From Candidatus Scatovivens sp. (GTDB lineage Bacteria > Bacillota > Clostridia > TANB77 > CAG-508): a DNA stretch of 64,000 nt. Below the pieces are notes generated by a model. That model was given only the letters and a program-made list of their open reading frames with translations, was not told the DNA's origin and searched no databases. Shown one piece after another: positions 10,721 to 21,207 of the stretch. Position numbers and translations under genes: made by a program. Within the stretch, counting starts at the first letter, position 1. Every line of letters begins with the position of its first letter. The stretch spans positions 128,001 to 192,000 of the forward strand of contig JAZRKN010000001.1 in assembly GCA_045646345.1 (NCBI GenBank). Reading direction: 5' to 3'.

Positions 10721-10760
10721 CTTTATTTGTAGTATGAAAAATCATACTCTCCTTTCCAAA

Positions 10761-11609
10761 CTATTTTTCGACATTAACACCTTTTACTACAATGTCCATA
10801 TTTAAAACATTCATTGCAGTCATTTTTTCTATTTCTTTAATTATTTTTCTTTTTAACATCTGCATTGTATCATTTACATTAAAACCAAATTGAATTATTA
10901 CTTCAATATAAATATATACTCCATCATTTTGTTGATTTTGTTTCTTTATAATAGTTCTATAAATTTTATGTACTCCATCAGTTTTTTCTGCTACATAATC
11001 AATAATTTGTTTGAATACAGTATCTGAAATTTGAAAATTCCCCATATAACTAAATGTCGGTCTAATAATGGATTTTTCTGAAATATAAGGTGCATTTCCC
11101 CTTCCTTTAGATTTGAATATCTGAAGTGGATCCAATAAATATCCAGAAAAATCTTTTTTTAAAGCAAAAGTTGGCACTGGTATAACATGCTTTCCTTGAG
11201 TTCTTCTCATATTTTTAGCCATTTCCATTTCAGCTTCAGTAGCAACATCTGTTATATATATCGTTTCTGAAACAGGTTCAAAACCTAAGTTTTCTGCTAT
11301 TTTTTTTACCATTTCATCAGATGTTCCTAAAATCAAAATACTGTCTGGTTTTTTCTTCTTTATAACTGCCTGAATTTCTTTTTTTCTTTCTTCATTTTGA
11401 AACAAAGCATTTCTAACAGTTTCAATTTTAGTTGGAGCCTTTTTTGCAGATATTCCAGCTAAAACTTCATTACCTGAAATTAAAAGCCCATCATCAATTA
11501 TATAATTTATTCCTTTTTCATTTGCAACCATTTGAGCTCTGTAACTTTTTCCTGTTCCAGATGGTCCAACAAACGCATAAGTTTTCATCTTATGACCAAA
11601 AAAATTCAT
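10761..11609 (-). CDS. P-loop protein with C-terminal Asp23/Gls24-like domain
   Basis: FVGPSGTGKSYRA Walker A, IIDDGLLI, GKHVIPVPT; C-terminal Asp23-like fold; start chosen at ATG after GGAG. Confidence 0.8.
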   Translation of the reverse strand: MNFFGHKMKTYAFVGPSGTGKSYRAQMVANEKGINYIIDDGLLISGNEVLAGISAKKAPTKIETVRNALFQNEERKKEIQAVIKKKKPDSILILGTSDEMVKKIAENLGFEPVSETIYITDVATEAEMEMAKNMRRTQGKHVIPVPTFALKKDFSGYLLDPLQIFKSKGRGNAPYISEKSIIRPTFSYMGNFQISDTVFKQIIDYVAEKTDGVHKIYRTIIKKQNQQNDGVYIYIEVIIQFGFNVNDTMQMLKRKIIKEIEKMTAMNVLNMDIVVKGVNVEK

Positions 11610-11785
11610 TTTTTTCTCCAATCATTTCTTATTAATTCTTAATTTGTATTATATCATTTTAGAATTAGCTCTTCAAGTATAATATTTTCTATTTTTAAAA
11701 GAAAAACAGAGGGAATTTCCCTCTGAAAATCGTTGCATTTTGCACATGTAAAATTGCTTATTTTTGGCTATGTTTTTTCATACTT

Positions 11786-12517
11786 TTACTTAAATTTAAG
11801 TCTTTTAGGTGAGTCAAACAACTCTTTGTTCTGATGTATATCAATATCCCATTCTGAAGAAAAAAGATCTATTTCTTTACCATAAATCTCATCTCCTGCA
11901 AATGCCTCGTTTTCAACATCTACATTAATAGGTATTTTGTTGAGTATGTGTGTTCTTGGCAATGGATTAAAACGCTTTCTCAATTTTTCATTCATCGACA
12001 TCCAATTAACAAAATACTCTACACCATCAACTGTTATTGTATGTTTTTCAAAATTTTGTTTTTCAACAATTCCCGTTATGTAGTTTATATCTCCATTAAC
12101 AAAAACATTTCCGGAAACATGAATTTCATCTTTACCATCTATAAAATCTATAGCAAAGACATAATTAAACAATACTGGTTTATTTTTATTGACAAAATCC
12201 ACAAACATAGCATAGTCTGGATGCATTTTTCCTAAGCGATAACATTTACCACTAGTTGTAATTGCAATGCCATTTTCAATTTTCTGAATACAAGCAGTTC
12301 TCATAAAAGATCCTGGTCTTCCCATAATATTTCCCATAATAATTTTAGATGTTACTTCATTATTTCCCATTCTTACTGTGTCAAATTTCAAATTGGGATT
12401 TTCAGCAATATCCATAGTTATCATATCCATCGAAACATTGGTATTCATAAATTTACTTGTAGCACATAAACTCCAATTTTCTATAGTTGCGATTCCATTT
12501 TTGACTTTAATTTTCAT
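11786..12517 (-). CDS. hypothetical protein (orphan, 243 aa)
   Basis: Long ORF with GGAG SD, upstream TTGACA (12603-12608), downstream hairpin CAGAGGGAA/TTCCCTCTG 11707-11725. Confidence 0.7.
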   Translation of the reverse strand: MKIKVKNGIATIENWSLCATSKFMNTNVSMDMITMDIAENPNLKFDTVRMGNNEVTSKIIMGNIMGRPGSFMRTACIQKIENGIAITTSGKCYRLGKMHPDYAMFVDFVNKNKPVLFNYVFAIDFIDGKDEIHVSGNVFVNGDINYITGIVEKQNFEKHTITVDGVEYFVNWMSMNEKLRKRFNPLPRTHILNKIPINVDVENEAFAGDEIYGKEIDLFSSEWDIDIHQNKELFDSPKRLKFK

Positions 12518-12634
12518 ATATATTCTCCGTAATATATTACAAAATGTGCAAAATGCAACTATATATAGCCGTAATAATATAATATCATATTTTTCTTTTT
12601 TATGTCAACCGATTGAGTTAGTTATCTTTAATCA

Positions 12635-12664
12635 AAAAGAGTAGCAATTATTTGCTACTCTTTT
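12635..12664. terminator. terminator after glgP
   Basis: AAAAGAGTAGCAA...TTGCTACTCTTTT. Confidence 0.7.
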
Positions 12665-12668
12665 GGTT

Positions 12669-15230
12669 TTATTTTGTTATCCATTTTACTAAATCTAAAT
12701 TTTCTGAATCAACTAACATTTTATGTTTTGGCATTACTCTAAATGTATATCCGAAATTTCCACCAGTTTTTAAATCAAGTGTTGCTTCGTAAGTATATTT
12801 ATGTTCTGCTTTATTTTCAGAAATTTTATTCATTGTTACTGTGTAAACGTTTCTTACAGTTCCATTATTTAAAAATTGTCCAAAGTATACTTGCATGTCT
12901 GCATTTTCTTCTTCTATATTTGGTAAATATAATTCACAATTTACTGTAATTTGAGTTCCAGCAACTAATCTTGCATTATCAACATTTCTATCTTGAACTA
13001 TTTGGATATTTGCCCAATTAGCTTTAGCTTTTTTCTTCCAATCAGTAAATTCAGCGACATTTTCTAAATCCAAGAAATATTCTTTTCTTAAATTAGCAAG
13101 TGGCATATATAATTCATTTACATAGTCACAAACCATTCTTGCTGTACTATATTTTCCACCAGTTGATTTAATAGAATTTTTCATATAAGACATCCACTCT
13201 TTTGAAATTCCATCTTTATCTTGATTATAGTAAGCAGGAATAATTTTATTCTCTAATGTATGATATAAACTATTGCTATCAGCTTTATCTTGTTCTTCAT
13301 AAGAATCATATTGTGCATTTGTTCCTATTGTCCATCCATTTACTCCATTGTAGCCTTCACACCACCATCCATCTAGAACACTAAAGTTTACAACACCATT
13401 TACTGATGCTTTCTCTCCTGAAGTTCCTGATGCTTCCATAGGTCTTCTTGGATTATTTAACCATACATCAACACCACTAATTAAATATCTTGAAATTCCT
13501 ATATTATAGTTTTCTAATATGAAAATTTTTCCTTTAAATTGTGGCATCAATGATATTTCATGAATATATTTAATTAAATCTTGACCACCTTTATCCGCTG
13601 GGTGTGCTTTTCCAGCAAATACAATTTGAACTGGTCTTTGTTCATCATTTAATATTTGTGTTAATCTTGCAATATCTTTAAATAATAACGTTGCTCTTTT
13701 ATATGTTGCAAATCTTCTTGCAAAACCTATTGTTAAAGCTTTTGGATTTAATTTATTTACTACTTCAGCAATTTGATCGTATCCAATTCCACTATTTACA
13801 TATCTATTTGTAACATTTTGTTTTATTAATCTAATTAATTTTTCTTTTCTCTCAACATGAGCTTCCCATAATTTTTGATCTGGAATATTGTCTATTTTTT
13901 CCCAAGTAGAATCAACTTGAATATTATCTTGCCAATATGGTGGTAAATATTCATTAAATAATTCTTTTAAGTTTGGAGCAAGCCATGTACATGTGTGAAT
14001 ACCATTTGTTACATGAGTAATTGGAGATTCATCTTCTGCAATGTTTGGCCATACTTCTGCGAATAATTCTCTTGATACTTCACCGTGTAATTTACTTACA
14101 CCATTTTTCTTTCCTGCAATTTTAAGTGCAAGAATTCCCATATTAAATCCTGGTTCCAAGTCATTTCCTGGCATTCCTAATTTTAAGAAATCTTCTCTTG
14201 TAATTCCTAATTTCTCCCAGTATCCATCAAAATATTTTTCAACCAAACTTACATCAAAAATATCATTTCCAGCAGGTACTGGTGTATGTGTTGTAAATAC
14301 AGTTTGAACCGTTGCAATTTCTTTAGCCATTTCAAAAGAAATTTCTTTTTCTTCCATTATATTTTTTATTAATTCTAATGTTAAGAAAGATGAATGTCCT
14401 TCGTTCATATGATATACAGTTGGTTTATAATCTAAAGCTTTTAATGCTTTTACACCAGCCATACCTAAAACGATTTCTTGACGAATTCTCATTTCTTTAT
14501 CTCCACCATAAAGACGAAGTGTAATTCCTCTAAAATCTTCTGGGTTTTGATCAATATCAGAATCCATTAAATACAATTTTATTCTACCAACATTTATTTG
14601 CCATAGTTTCAAATATAATGTTTTTCCATTTAAAGGTATATCTATAATTACATCATCACCGATTCTATCTTTTACTGGTAAAATAGGTAAATTGTATAAA
14701 TCTATATTATGATATTCAGAGCATTGTTCACCACGAGAATTAATTCTTTGGTTGAAATATCCATTTTTATATAACAAACCAACAGCAACAAAAGGTAAAC
14801 CTAAATCACTTGCTGATTTTAAATGATCTCCTGATAAAATTCCTAATCCACCAGAATATATTGGAACAATTTCATCTAGTCCATATTCAGCTGAAAAATA
14901 TGCAATTAAATCATCATTATTATTTGGATAATTTTTTGTAAACCATGTTGATTTACTATTCATATAGTTTTCATAATTTTCAACTACATGATCATAATTT
15001 TTCAAAAATTCTACATCATTAACTATTTTTTCAACTTTATCTTGACTTATCATTTTCAAAAATTTAACTGGATTTTTTTCACTCATTTCCCATAAGTCTG
15101 GATCCATTGTTTCAAATAATCTTAGAAATTCTGTATTCCAAGACCACCATAGGTTATTTGAAATTTCAGTCAATTTGCTTATCCTTTGTGGTAATTGTGG
15201 TACAACTGTAACTCTATTGAATATATACAT
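12669..15230 (-). CDS. glgP: alpha-glucan (glycogen/starch) phosphorylase
   Basis: NLWWSW, YSGGLGILSGDHLKSASD, NEGH, FARRFATYKR, EASGTSGEKA. Confidence 0.95.
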   Translation of the reverse strand: MYIFNRVTVVPQLPQRISKLTEISNNLWWSWNTEFLRLFETMDPDLWEMSEKNPVKFLKMISQDKVEKIVNDVEFLKNYDHVVENYENYMNSKSTWFTKNYPNNNDDLIAYFSAEYGLDEIVPIYSGGLGILSGDHLKSASDLGLPFVAVGLLYKNGYFNQRINSRGEQCSEYHNIDLYNLPILPVKDRIGDDVIIDIPLNGKTLYLKLWQINVGRIKLYLMDSDIDQNPEDFRGITLRLYGGDKEMRIRQEIVLGMAGVKALKALDYKPTVYHMNEGHSSFLTLELIKNIMEEKEISFEMAKEIATVQTVFTTHTPVPAGNDIFDVSLVEKYFDGYWEKLGITREDFLKLGMPGNDLEPGFNMGILALKIAGKKNGVSKLHGEVSRELFAEVWPNIAEDESPITHVTNGIHTCTWLAPNLKELFNEYLPPYWQDNIQVDSTWEKIDNIPDQKLWEAHVERKEKLIRLIKQNVTNRYVNSGIGYDQIAEVVNKLNPKALTIGFARRFATYKRATLLFKDIARLTQILNDEQRPVQIVFAGKAHPADKGGQDLIKYIHEISLMPQFKGKIFILENYNIGISRYLISGVDVWLNNPRRPMEASGTSGEKASVNGVVNFSVLDGWWCEGYNGVNGWTIGTNAQYDSYEEQDKADSNSLYHTLENKIIPAYYNQDKDGISKEWMSYMKNSIKSTGGKYSTARMVCDYVNELYMPLANLRKEYFLDLENVAEFTDWKKKAKANWANIQIVQDRNVDNARLVAGTQITVNCELYLPNIEEENADMQVYFGQFLNNGTVRNVYTVTMNKISENKAEHKYTYEATLDLKTGGNFGYTFRVMPKHKMLVDSENLDLVKWITK

Positions 15231-15370
15231 TTATATATCCTCCTTCGTATTTTCAAAATTTATTTTCCTTTGTTTCCATACTAATAATTATCTATTAAAT
15301 TATTTTTTTTGTCAATTATTTTAAGTATTAATTTTAAATATTTTTCTTATAAAAATTAGTCCATATATTT

Positions 15371-15387
15371 ATTACATATTTATTACA
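15371..15387 (-). promoter_or_regulatory. WalR/OmpR-type direct-repeat box upstream of glgP
   Basis: TGTAAT-N5-TGTAAT on minus strand. Confidence 0.45.
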
Positions 15388-15469
15388 TTTTAATTATCTT
15401 TGTGTTACTTTTCGTCTTTTTATTTCTACTTATATTATAATAAAATTATCTATTTATCGGAGGGAATTT

Positions 15470-17311
15470 ATGAATTTAAATAAAGTAAAAAACGTAGAAC
15501 TTTTAAGAAAAGGGTTATACGCACAAGAATTATCTCATTATGCATCTTTATGCAATTTGTATGCTTCACTTTTACAATCTGTTGCATCAAATCCTGATAA
15601 TATAACACCAGCAGATATAGAGAAAGCTTCAAAAAAATACGGACCGCTTATGGATGCAGCATCAAAAAGTAATTTTAGTTTTTTAAAAGGAAAAACGCAA
15701 TCACAACTTCTAGAAGATGGAACTTTAAAAACTCCTCAATATTCTGAATCTGATGTGGAATTTTTTAAATTATATGCTTATCATTCAGAAAAATTAATGC
15801 AATTCAGAACTGGTTCTAGACTTTTAGAAAAAGTTATTGATACAGATTTACAAACAGGAAAGAAAATTCTTTCTTCTGGTGCACTTGATGCATTCAAAAA
15901 TGTTATGCGCCAAAAAACTGCTATGGAAGAACAAGATCATGAGTATTCTTTATTTAATTTTTCAGATTCTTACTTAAGAAAAGAAGCTCGAAGACTTAAT
16001 ATGTCTCCTGATGATTTAGAAGCAGCATTAATAAAGCAAAGAAGCAATTTAATAAATAGTAATTCTGGAAAATTTATAGTAGACAAATTAGTTCCAGAAC
16101 ATTCTCCTAGATGGTTAGGTAGCTTCTTCTTTAAAAAATCAGACAAAGCAATTAATTTAATAGATCAAATAGATCCAGATCACTTCCCAAAAAGTAGCAC
16201 AATAATCAAAAAAGGATTGACACCATTGCATTTTGGAGCTGAAATCACTGGAGCTAAAGGTAATATCGAAAGATTATTAGAACCATTAAGAAAAAAAGAT
16301 GAGCCAAAGAAAAATGAAGAAGAAAATGAGTTTGATCCATTTACAAAAAGAGAAAAAGAATTCTTTGCAAACAAACCTTCTGAATTTCACGAAAAATTAT
16401 ATAGAGCAGCAAATAATTCTCGCACAAAAGCAATTGTTGGTGTTTCTCTTCTAACTCTTTTAGCCACGGGAACTGTAGCAACAGTAGCACCTCATTTATT
16501 AACTACTGCTCAACAAATCACAAATTTCAACAATTTAATAAATGACGCAAGAAACCAACCGATTGTCACAACTTATGCACCTATGACAACAACAGAATTA
16601 CAAGCTGTTATATCAGATTATCTATCAACAGACTACTCTGGTTCTATTGAAGATTTTAGAGAAGATACCAATGCAGCATTGGATGCAATTCAAGCAACTT
16701 GTCAAACATATCAAAAAAATTACTCTACACCAACTAAAGAAGAAGCTGGAGTTATTTTAGATTCTTTAGATAATGTAACAAGTAAATCTATAGAACAACT
16801 TGTTGTATATGCAATCCAAGAAGCTTATCCAAATTACACAGATATCGAAGTTGATTTTTATTATGATTATGAGACAGAAGTTGATGGAACAGATCTTGAG
16901 AAAAAAGTAAAAAACGAAGGTTTCAGAATTCATTTCACAGATGAAAACGGAAATAGAATGGAAACAGAAATGGATAATATCTCCTCTCCTCTTTTCGCCG
17001 AAAATTTAGGACAAGCTATTATGGATTTAGAAAAATCATACGACACTCAATTCGATGAATTCTTTGAAGCAATTTCTAATCCAAACGCAAGAAAAGCAAA
17101 TGGTGAAAAATATACTTATGAAGACATATCAGACTTATCTACAAACTATTTTAACACTATAGCCAAAAAAGCAAATCAAGTTAGACCAATGACAGTAACA
17201 AAAGCCAAATTTGTTAAAGGCGAAGGAGTACAATTTGATTTAGAAATCGAGCAAAATGAACCAGAAACACCAACAACTTCAAGTGTAGAAAGCGAATATG
17301 ATGGAAGATAA
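15470..17311 (+). CDS. hypothetical protein (613 aa, one central TM segment)
   Basis: Long ORF with GGAGG SD; hydrophobic stretch AIVGVSLLTLLATGTVATV; acidic C-terminus. Confidence 0.8.
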   Translation: MNLNKVKNVELLRKGLYAQELSHYASLCNLYASLLQSVASNPDNITPADIEKASKKYGPLMDAASKSNFSFLKGKTQSQLLEDGTLKTPQYSESDVEFFKLYAYHSEKLMQFRTGSRLLEKVIDTDLQTGKKILSSGALDAFKNVMRQKTAMEEQDHEYSLFNFSDSYLRKEARRLNMSPDDLEAALIKQRSNLINSNSGKFIVDKLVPEHSPRWLGSFFFKKSDKAINLIDQIDPDHFPKSSTIIKKGLTPLHFGAEITGAKGNIERLLEPLRKKDEPKKNEEENEFDPFTKREKEFFANKPSEFHEKLYRAANNSRTKAIVGVSLLTLLATGTVATVAPHLLTTAQQITNFNNLINDARNQPIVTTYAPMTTTELQAVISDYLSTDYSGSIEDFREDTNAALDAIQATCQTYQKNYSTPTKEEAGVILDSLDNVTSKSIEQLVVYAIQEAYPNYTDIEVDFYYDYETEVDGTDLEKKVKNEGFRIHFTDENGNRMETEMDNISSPLFAENLGQAIMDLEKSYDTQFDEFFEAISNPNARKANGEKYTYEDISDLSTNYFNTIAKKANQVRPMTVTKAKFVKGEGVQFDLEIEQNEPETPTTSSVESEYDGR

Positions 17312-17324
17312 TAATAATAATACA

Positions 17325-17354
17325 AAAAAGTAGGTTTTAAAAAACCTACTTTTT
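17325..17354. terminator. bidirectional terminator between convergent genes
   Basis: AAAAAGTAGGTTTT...AAAACCTACTTTTT. Confidence 0.75.
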
Positions 17355-17370
17355 ATTTATATTTTATAAT

Positions 17371-17763
17371 TTAAAATTCAAAAGAATATGGTAACAATTC
17401 TTCTAAAGTATATTCTTCTACTTTATTGTTATACACAGTATAAACTTTAAAATCTTTCTTACAAAATTCACTCATAAATTGTCTACAATACCCACAAGGC
17501 AAACATTTTTCTGCATCTTTATCTTGAGGTCCACCTATTACTACTATTCTTTCAAATTCGTTTTCTCCTTCTGATATAGCTTTGCAAAATGCCACCCTTT
17601 CTGCACATATACTTTGAATCCCTTGATTTTCTATATTACATCCAACATATCTTTTTCCATTTTTTGCCATTAAAACCGCACCAACTGTATATTTTGAAAT
17701 GTTTGCATGAGCTCTTTTTCTTGCATTATTCGCTAATATTATATCATCTCTTAAATCTAACAT
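17371..17763 (-). CDS. cdd: cytidine deaminase
   Basis: VGAVL, GCNIEN, CAERVA, PCGYCRQ. Confidence 0.93.
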   Translation of the reverse strand: MLDLRDDIILANNARKRAHANISKYTVGAVLMAKNGKRYVGCNIENQGIQSICAERVAFCKAISEGENEFERIVVIGGPQDKDAEKCLPCGYCRQFMSEFCKKDFKVYTVYNNKVEEYTLEELLPYSFEF

Positions 17764-17788
17764 TCCACATTCCTCCTCTTTGTAATAT

Positions 17789-18583
17789 TTATTTATATTT
17801 TCTCATATTTAATAAATAGCGTCCACTTTTTGTTTCTTTTTCAATTCCATCAAAAATAAATTTACCTTTTCCTCTTACCGTTATTAAATCACCAATATTT
17901 ATTTTTTTAGAATCTTTAAATTCAATTATTGAATTTATAAAAACTCTCCCTTCACTTATAATTTCAGATGCATTTGTTCTCGAACAATTTGCAAGTTCTG
18001 CCACAAAATTATCTAATCTTATTGAAGAAACTATAATATTTAAGTTTTCAAATTCATTTTCAATATATGTCAAATCTTTAATATTTTCAATTGTTATTTC
18101 TGATTTTTTGAATCTTGTTAGTGTTTTTAAGTCATTTTCTAATACTTTTGCAACTTCAGCCAACGAAATAATATCAGCTCCAAAATCAGTCACTAAAATA
18201 TCCCCAAATTTTTCTCTTTTTATCCCTAGTTTCATTATTCCACTTAAAAATTCTCTATGTTCATATTTTATATTATTCGGTAACTTAATTCTTATTACAT
18301 TAAATATCTTTTCATAGTTTTTCTCAACCATCTCTTTTGAAAATTTTTCAGGATAAAAAATCAAAATACTTCTATCAGTTTCATCTTTACCACCATAAAT
18401 TATAAAATTAGAAACTTTTTCTTCTTTTAATATTCTTTTAATTATTGAAATTTCAGAAATATTCAAAAAATCCGTGTAAGTAATTTTATTTTTAGTTTTT
18501 GAAAATTCATATTTATCAATTACTTTAGCTATTAACAACTTGTATTCACTATTTTTATATTTTTCCCTTGCGCTTTCAAACAT
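17789..18583 (-). CDS. ylmH: YlmH/Sll1252-family S4 RNA-binding protein
   Basis: TDFLN, HREFLSGIMKLGIKREKFGDI, SIRLD, GDLITVRGKGK. Confidence 0.88.
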   Translation of the reverse strand: MFESAREKYKNSEYKLLIAKVIDKYEFSKTKNKITYTDFLNISEISIIKRILKEEKVSNFIIYGGKDETDRSILIFYPEKFSKEMVEKNYEKIFNVIRIKLPNNIKYEHREFLSGIMKLGIKREKFGDILVTDFGADIISLAEVAKVLENDLKTLTRFKKSEITIENIKDLTYIENEFENLNIIVSSIRLDNFVAELANCSRTNASEIISEGRVFINSIIEFKDSKKINIGDLITVRGKGKFIFDGIEKETKSGRYLLNMRKYK

Positions 18584-20412
18584 TCTACTATACTTCCTAC
18601 ATCTAATCCATATTTTTCTTCTATTTCATTTGGACTTCCATGTTTTATAAATTCATCTGGATATGCAAATTTTACTAAATTTGTATTTATTCTGTTTTCA
18701 AAAATAAGTTCTTCTATTTTAGTAGCCAATCCGCCAACAATAGTTCCATCTTCTATTGTTGCAACATTTTTCTTTCCAATAATGTGTTTTAATAAACACT
18801 CATTATCTAATGGTTTTAAAAATCTTGCATTAATAACTGTAGCATTTATTCCATCTTTTTTTAACTCTTCTGAAACTTTAATTGCTTTTGAAACCATCTT
18901 TCCTATTGCAATTATTGTTATATCTTCACCTTGATTTAAAACTTCAGCTTTTCCTAAAGTTATTCTTTCTTTAACCTCAAAGGACGTTTCTTCTCCTCCA
19001 CGAGGATATCTTATTAAAACTGGTTTCTTTAAATCCACAGCAAACTCCAACATTTCTTCTAATTCATTAAAATCTTTTGGAGCCATTATATTAAAATTAG
19101 GTATTGTATTTGTAAATGCTAAATCTAATAATCCTTGGTGAGTTTCTCCATCATTACCAACAATTCCAGCTCTATCAGCGCATATTACGACTGGTAAATT
19201 TTGAATTGCCACATCATGAACTAATTGATCATATGCTCTTTGAATAAATGATGAATATAGTGGAACAACCGGAACTAATCCTGACTTTGCTAAACCTGCA
19301 GCTAATCCTACCGCATGTTGTTCGGCAATTCCTACATCAAAAAATCTTGTTGGATATTTTTTTGCAAACTCAGCAAGTCCTGTTCCATCAGTCATTGCAG
19401 CTGTTATAGCAACTATTTTTTTATTTTCTTTTGCAATCTCTACCAATTTTTCTCCAAAAACTTTTGAATAATCTTTTTTCCCATTTGCAACTTTTTCTCC
19501 AGTTTCTTTATCAAATTTTGAAGTACTGTGAAATTTATCCGGGTTTGATTCTGCTGGTTTATATCCTTTTCCCTTTTTTGTTAACACATGAACCAAAATA
19601 GGTCCATCTTGTTCTTTACATATTTTCAAAATATCTTCTAGCTTTTCTATACTGTGTCCATCAACAGGACCTAGATATCTAAATCCTATATCTTCAAAAT
19701 ACATTTTCGGAATAACTAATTGTTTTATACCTCTTTTTGTTCTTTGAACCAATTTAACAATTTTCTTTCCTACTCCTGGAATTTTCCCAATCAACTTCTT
19801 ACCTTTAACACTTGTATTTATATACACGCTTTTTGTTCTTAATTTTGAAAGCATCATTGATATTCCACCAACATTTTTAGAAATACTCATTTCATTATCA
19901 TTTAATATTACTATCATATTAGTGTTACTACTTCCAACATCATTTAACGCTTCTAGTGCCATTCCACCTGTTAATGCTCCATCACCTATTACAGCAATAA
20001 TCTTATTATTCTCACCTTTTATATCTCTCGCTCTTGCCATCCCTAAACCAACAGAAATAGATGTGCTACTATGCCCAGTGTTAAAGTTATCATATATACT
20101 TTCTGAAGTTTTTGGAAATCCAGCAATTCCACCCATTTTTCTTAAAGTTGATAATTTATTCTTTCTTCCTGTTAAAATTTTATGTACATAAGTTTGATGG
20201 CCAACATCCCAAATAATTTTATCTAAAGGTGTATTAAATACAGAATGGAGAGCAATTGTCAATTCAACAACGCCCAAATTTGATGCTAAGTGTCCTCCAG
20301 TTTCTGAAACTGTATCTAAAATTATTTTTCTTATTTCTTTTGCTAAAATTTCCTTATCTTTTACATTTAGAGGTTTTAAATCCTCTGGATAATTTATATT
20401 TTCTAATATCAT
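18532..20412 (-). CDS. dxs: 1-deoxy-D-xylulose-5-phosphate synthase
   Basis: GGHLASNLGVVELT, DVGHQTY, GDGALTGG, DVGIAEQHAV, DGETHQG, IRYPRG. Confidence 0.97.
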   Translation of the reverse strand: MILENINYPEDLKPLNVKDKEILAKEIRKIILDTVSETGGHLASNLGVVELTIALHSVFNTPLDKIIWDVGHQTYVHKILTGRKNKLSTLRKMGGIAGFPKTSESIYDNFNTGHSSTSISVGLGMARARDIKGENNKIIAVIGDGALTGGMALEALNDVGSSNTNMIVILNDNEMSISKNVGGISMMLSKLRTKSVYINTSVKGKKLIGKIPGVGKKIVKLVQRTKRGIKQLVIPKMYFEDIGFRYLGPVDGHSIEKLEDILKICKEQDGPILVHVLTKKGKGYKPAESNPDKFHSTSKFDKETGEKVANGKKDYSKVFGEKLVEIAKENKKIVAITAAMTDGTGLAEFAKKYPTRFFDVGIAEQHAVGLAAGLAKSGLVPVVPLYSSFIQRAYDQLVHDVAIQNLPVVICADRAGIVGNDGETHQGLLDLAFTNTIPNFNIMAPKDFNELEEMLEFAVDLKKPVLIRYPRGGEETSFEVKERITLGKAEVLNQGEDITIIAIGKMVSKAIKVSEELKKDGINATVINARFLKPLDNECLLKHIIGKKNVATIEDGTIVGGLATKIEELIFENRINTNLVKFAYPDEFIKHGSPNEIEEKYGLDVGSIVECLKAQGKNIKIVNTSC

Positions 20413-20423
20413 AATTCATTCCT

Positions 20424-21080
20424 TTATATCATTAATACAGCAAGCAGTGATGTTATAAGTGGAACTGTTATGTTATCTGTTCCTTTATTTGAAACCGCCT
20501 CTATAATTGTCATTAAAATAGCTATTAATATTGATTTTATTGCAACATAATCAGCATTATTATATGTTAAAAATGCAGCCATAATAATTAAAGTAACACA
20601 AAACATAGCCAGACAACCAGCTAAAGATTTTGTATTCCCTCTTATTTTAAATTTTTTACTATTTACTGCTTGGCCTATTACTGCAGCTAATCCATCACCG
20701 TATCCCATAACAAAAATACCACATAGTCCTATTGCTGGATTATCTAATGGCCCAAAAGTTATTAAAGCCAATATAAATAATGATAAAGCATAATATACTG
20801 TTCCTAAGCTTTCTTTATTTTCATCTCTTGCATCTCTTTCCATTACTTTTATGATACCTTTTTTGTAAGACAAATAATTTATTACTACAAATAACGCAGG
20901 AACAAACGCTGCCCATATCAAATTATCAAAAAATATCATTGCTATAACCCACCAGTTTGATAACATGATATGAATATATTTTCTACTAGCTTCTTTTCCA
21001 GCTTTTTCAAAAACTTTAGCAGAAACTATTATCATTCCTATAAATATAATCGATACTATAACTCCAAATAAATTGTTCAT
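20424..21080 (-). CDS. phytol/dolichol (polyprenol) kinase-family membrane protein
   Basis: SRKYIHI, GYGDGLAAVIG, KSLAG, GTDNITVP motifs of the CTP-dependent polyprenol kinase family. Confidence 0.82.
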   Translation of the reverse strand: MNNLFGVIVSIIFIGMIIVSAKVFEKAGKEASRKYIHIMLSNWWVIAMIFFDNLIWAAFVPALFVVINYLSYKKGIIKVMERDARDENKESLGTVYYALSLFILALITFGPLDNPAIGLCGIFVMGYGDGLAAVIGQAVNSKKFKIRGNTKSLAGCLAMFCVTLIIMAAFLTYNNADYVAIKSILIAILMTIIEAVSNKGTDNITVPLITSLLAVLMI

Positions 21081-21207
21081 TTTCTAATCTCACTTTTGTA
21101 TTTTAATTCTAGTCAAATTATAATTATAATATTTAACCTTTGCTATTATATCAAAAAAAGTGCTTTATAAAAAGCACTTTTTAAAAAATTTACACACTAA
21201 ACACAAA

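Noticed and set aside
18532-18583. 52-nt overlap between dxs and ylmH as a possible frameshift
   Set aside because: Both proteins appear complete and no CGG or slippery site is involved; ordinary C-terminal extension
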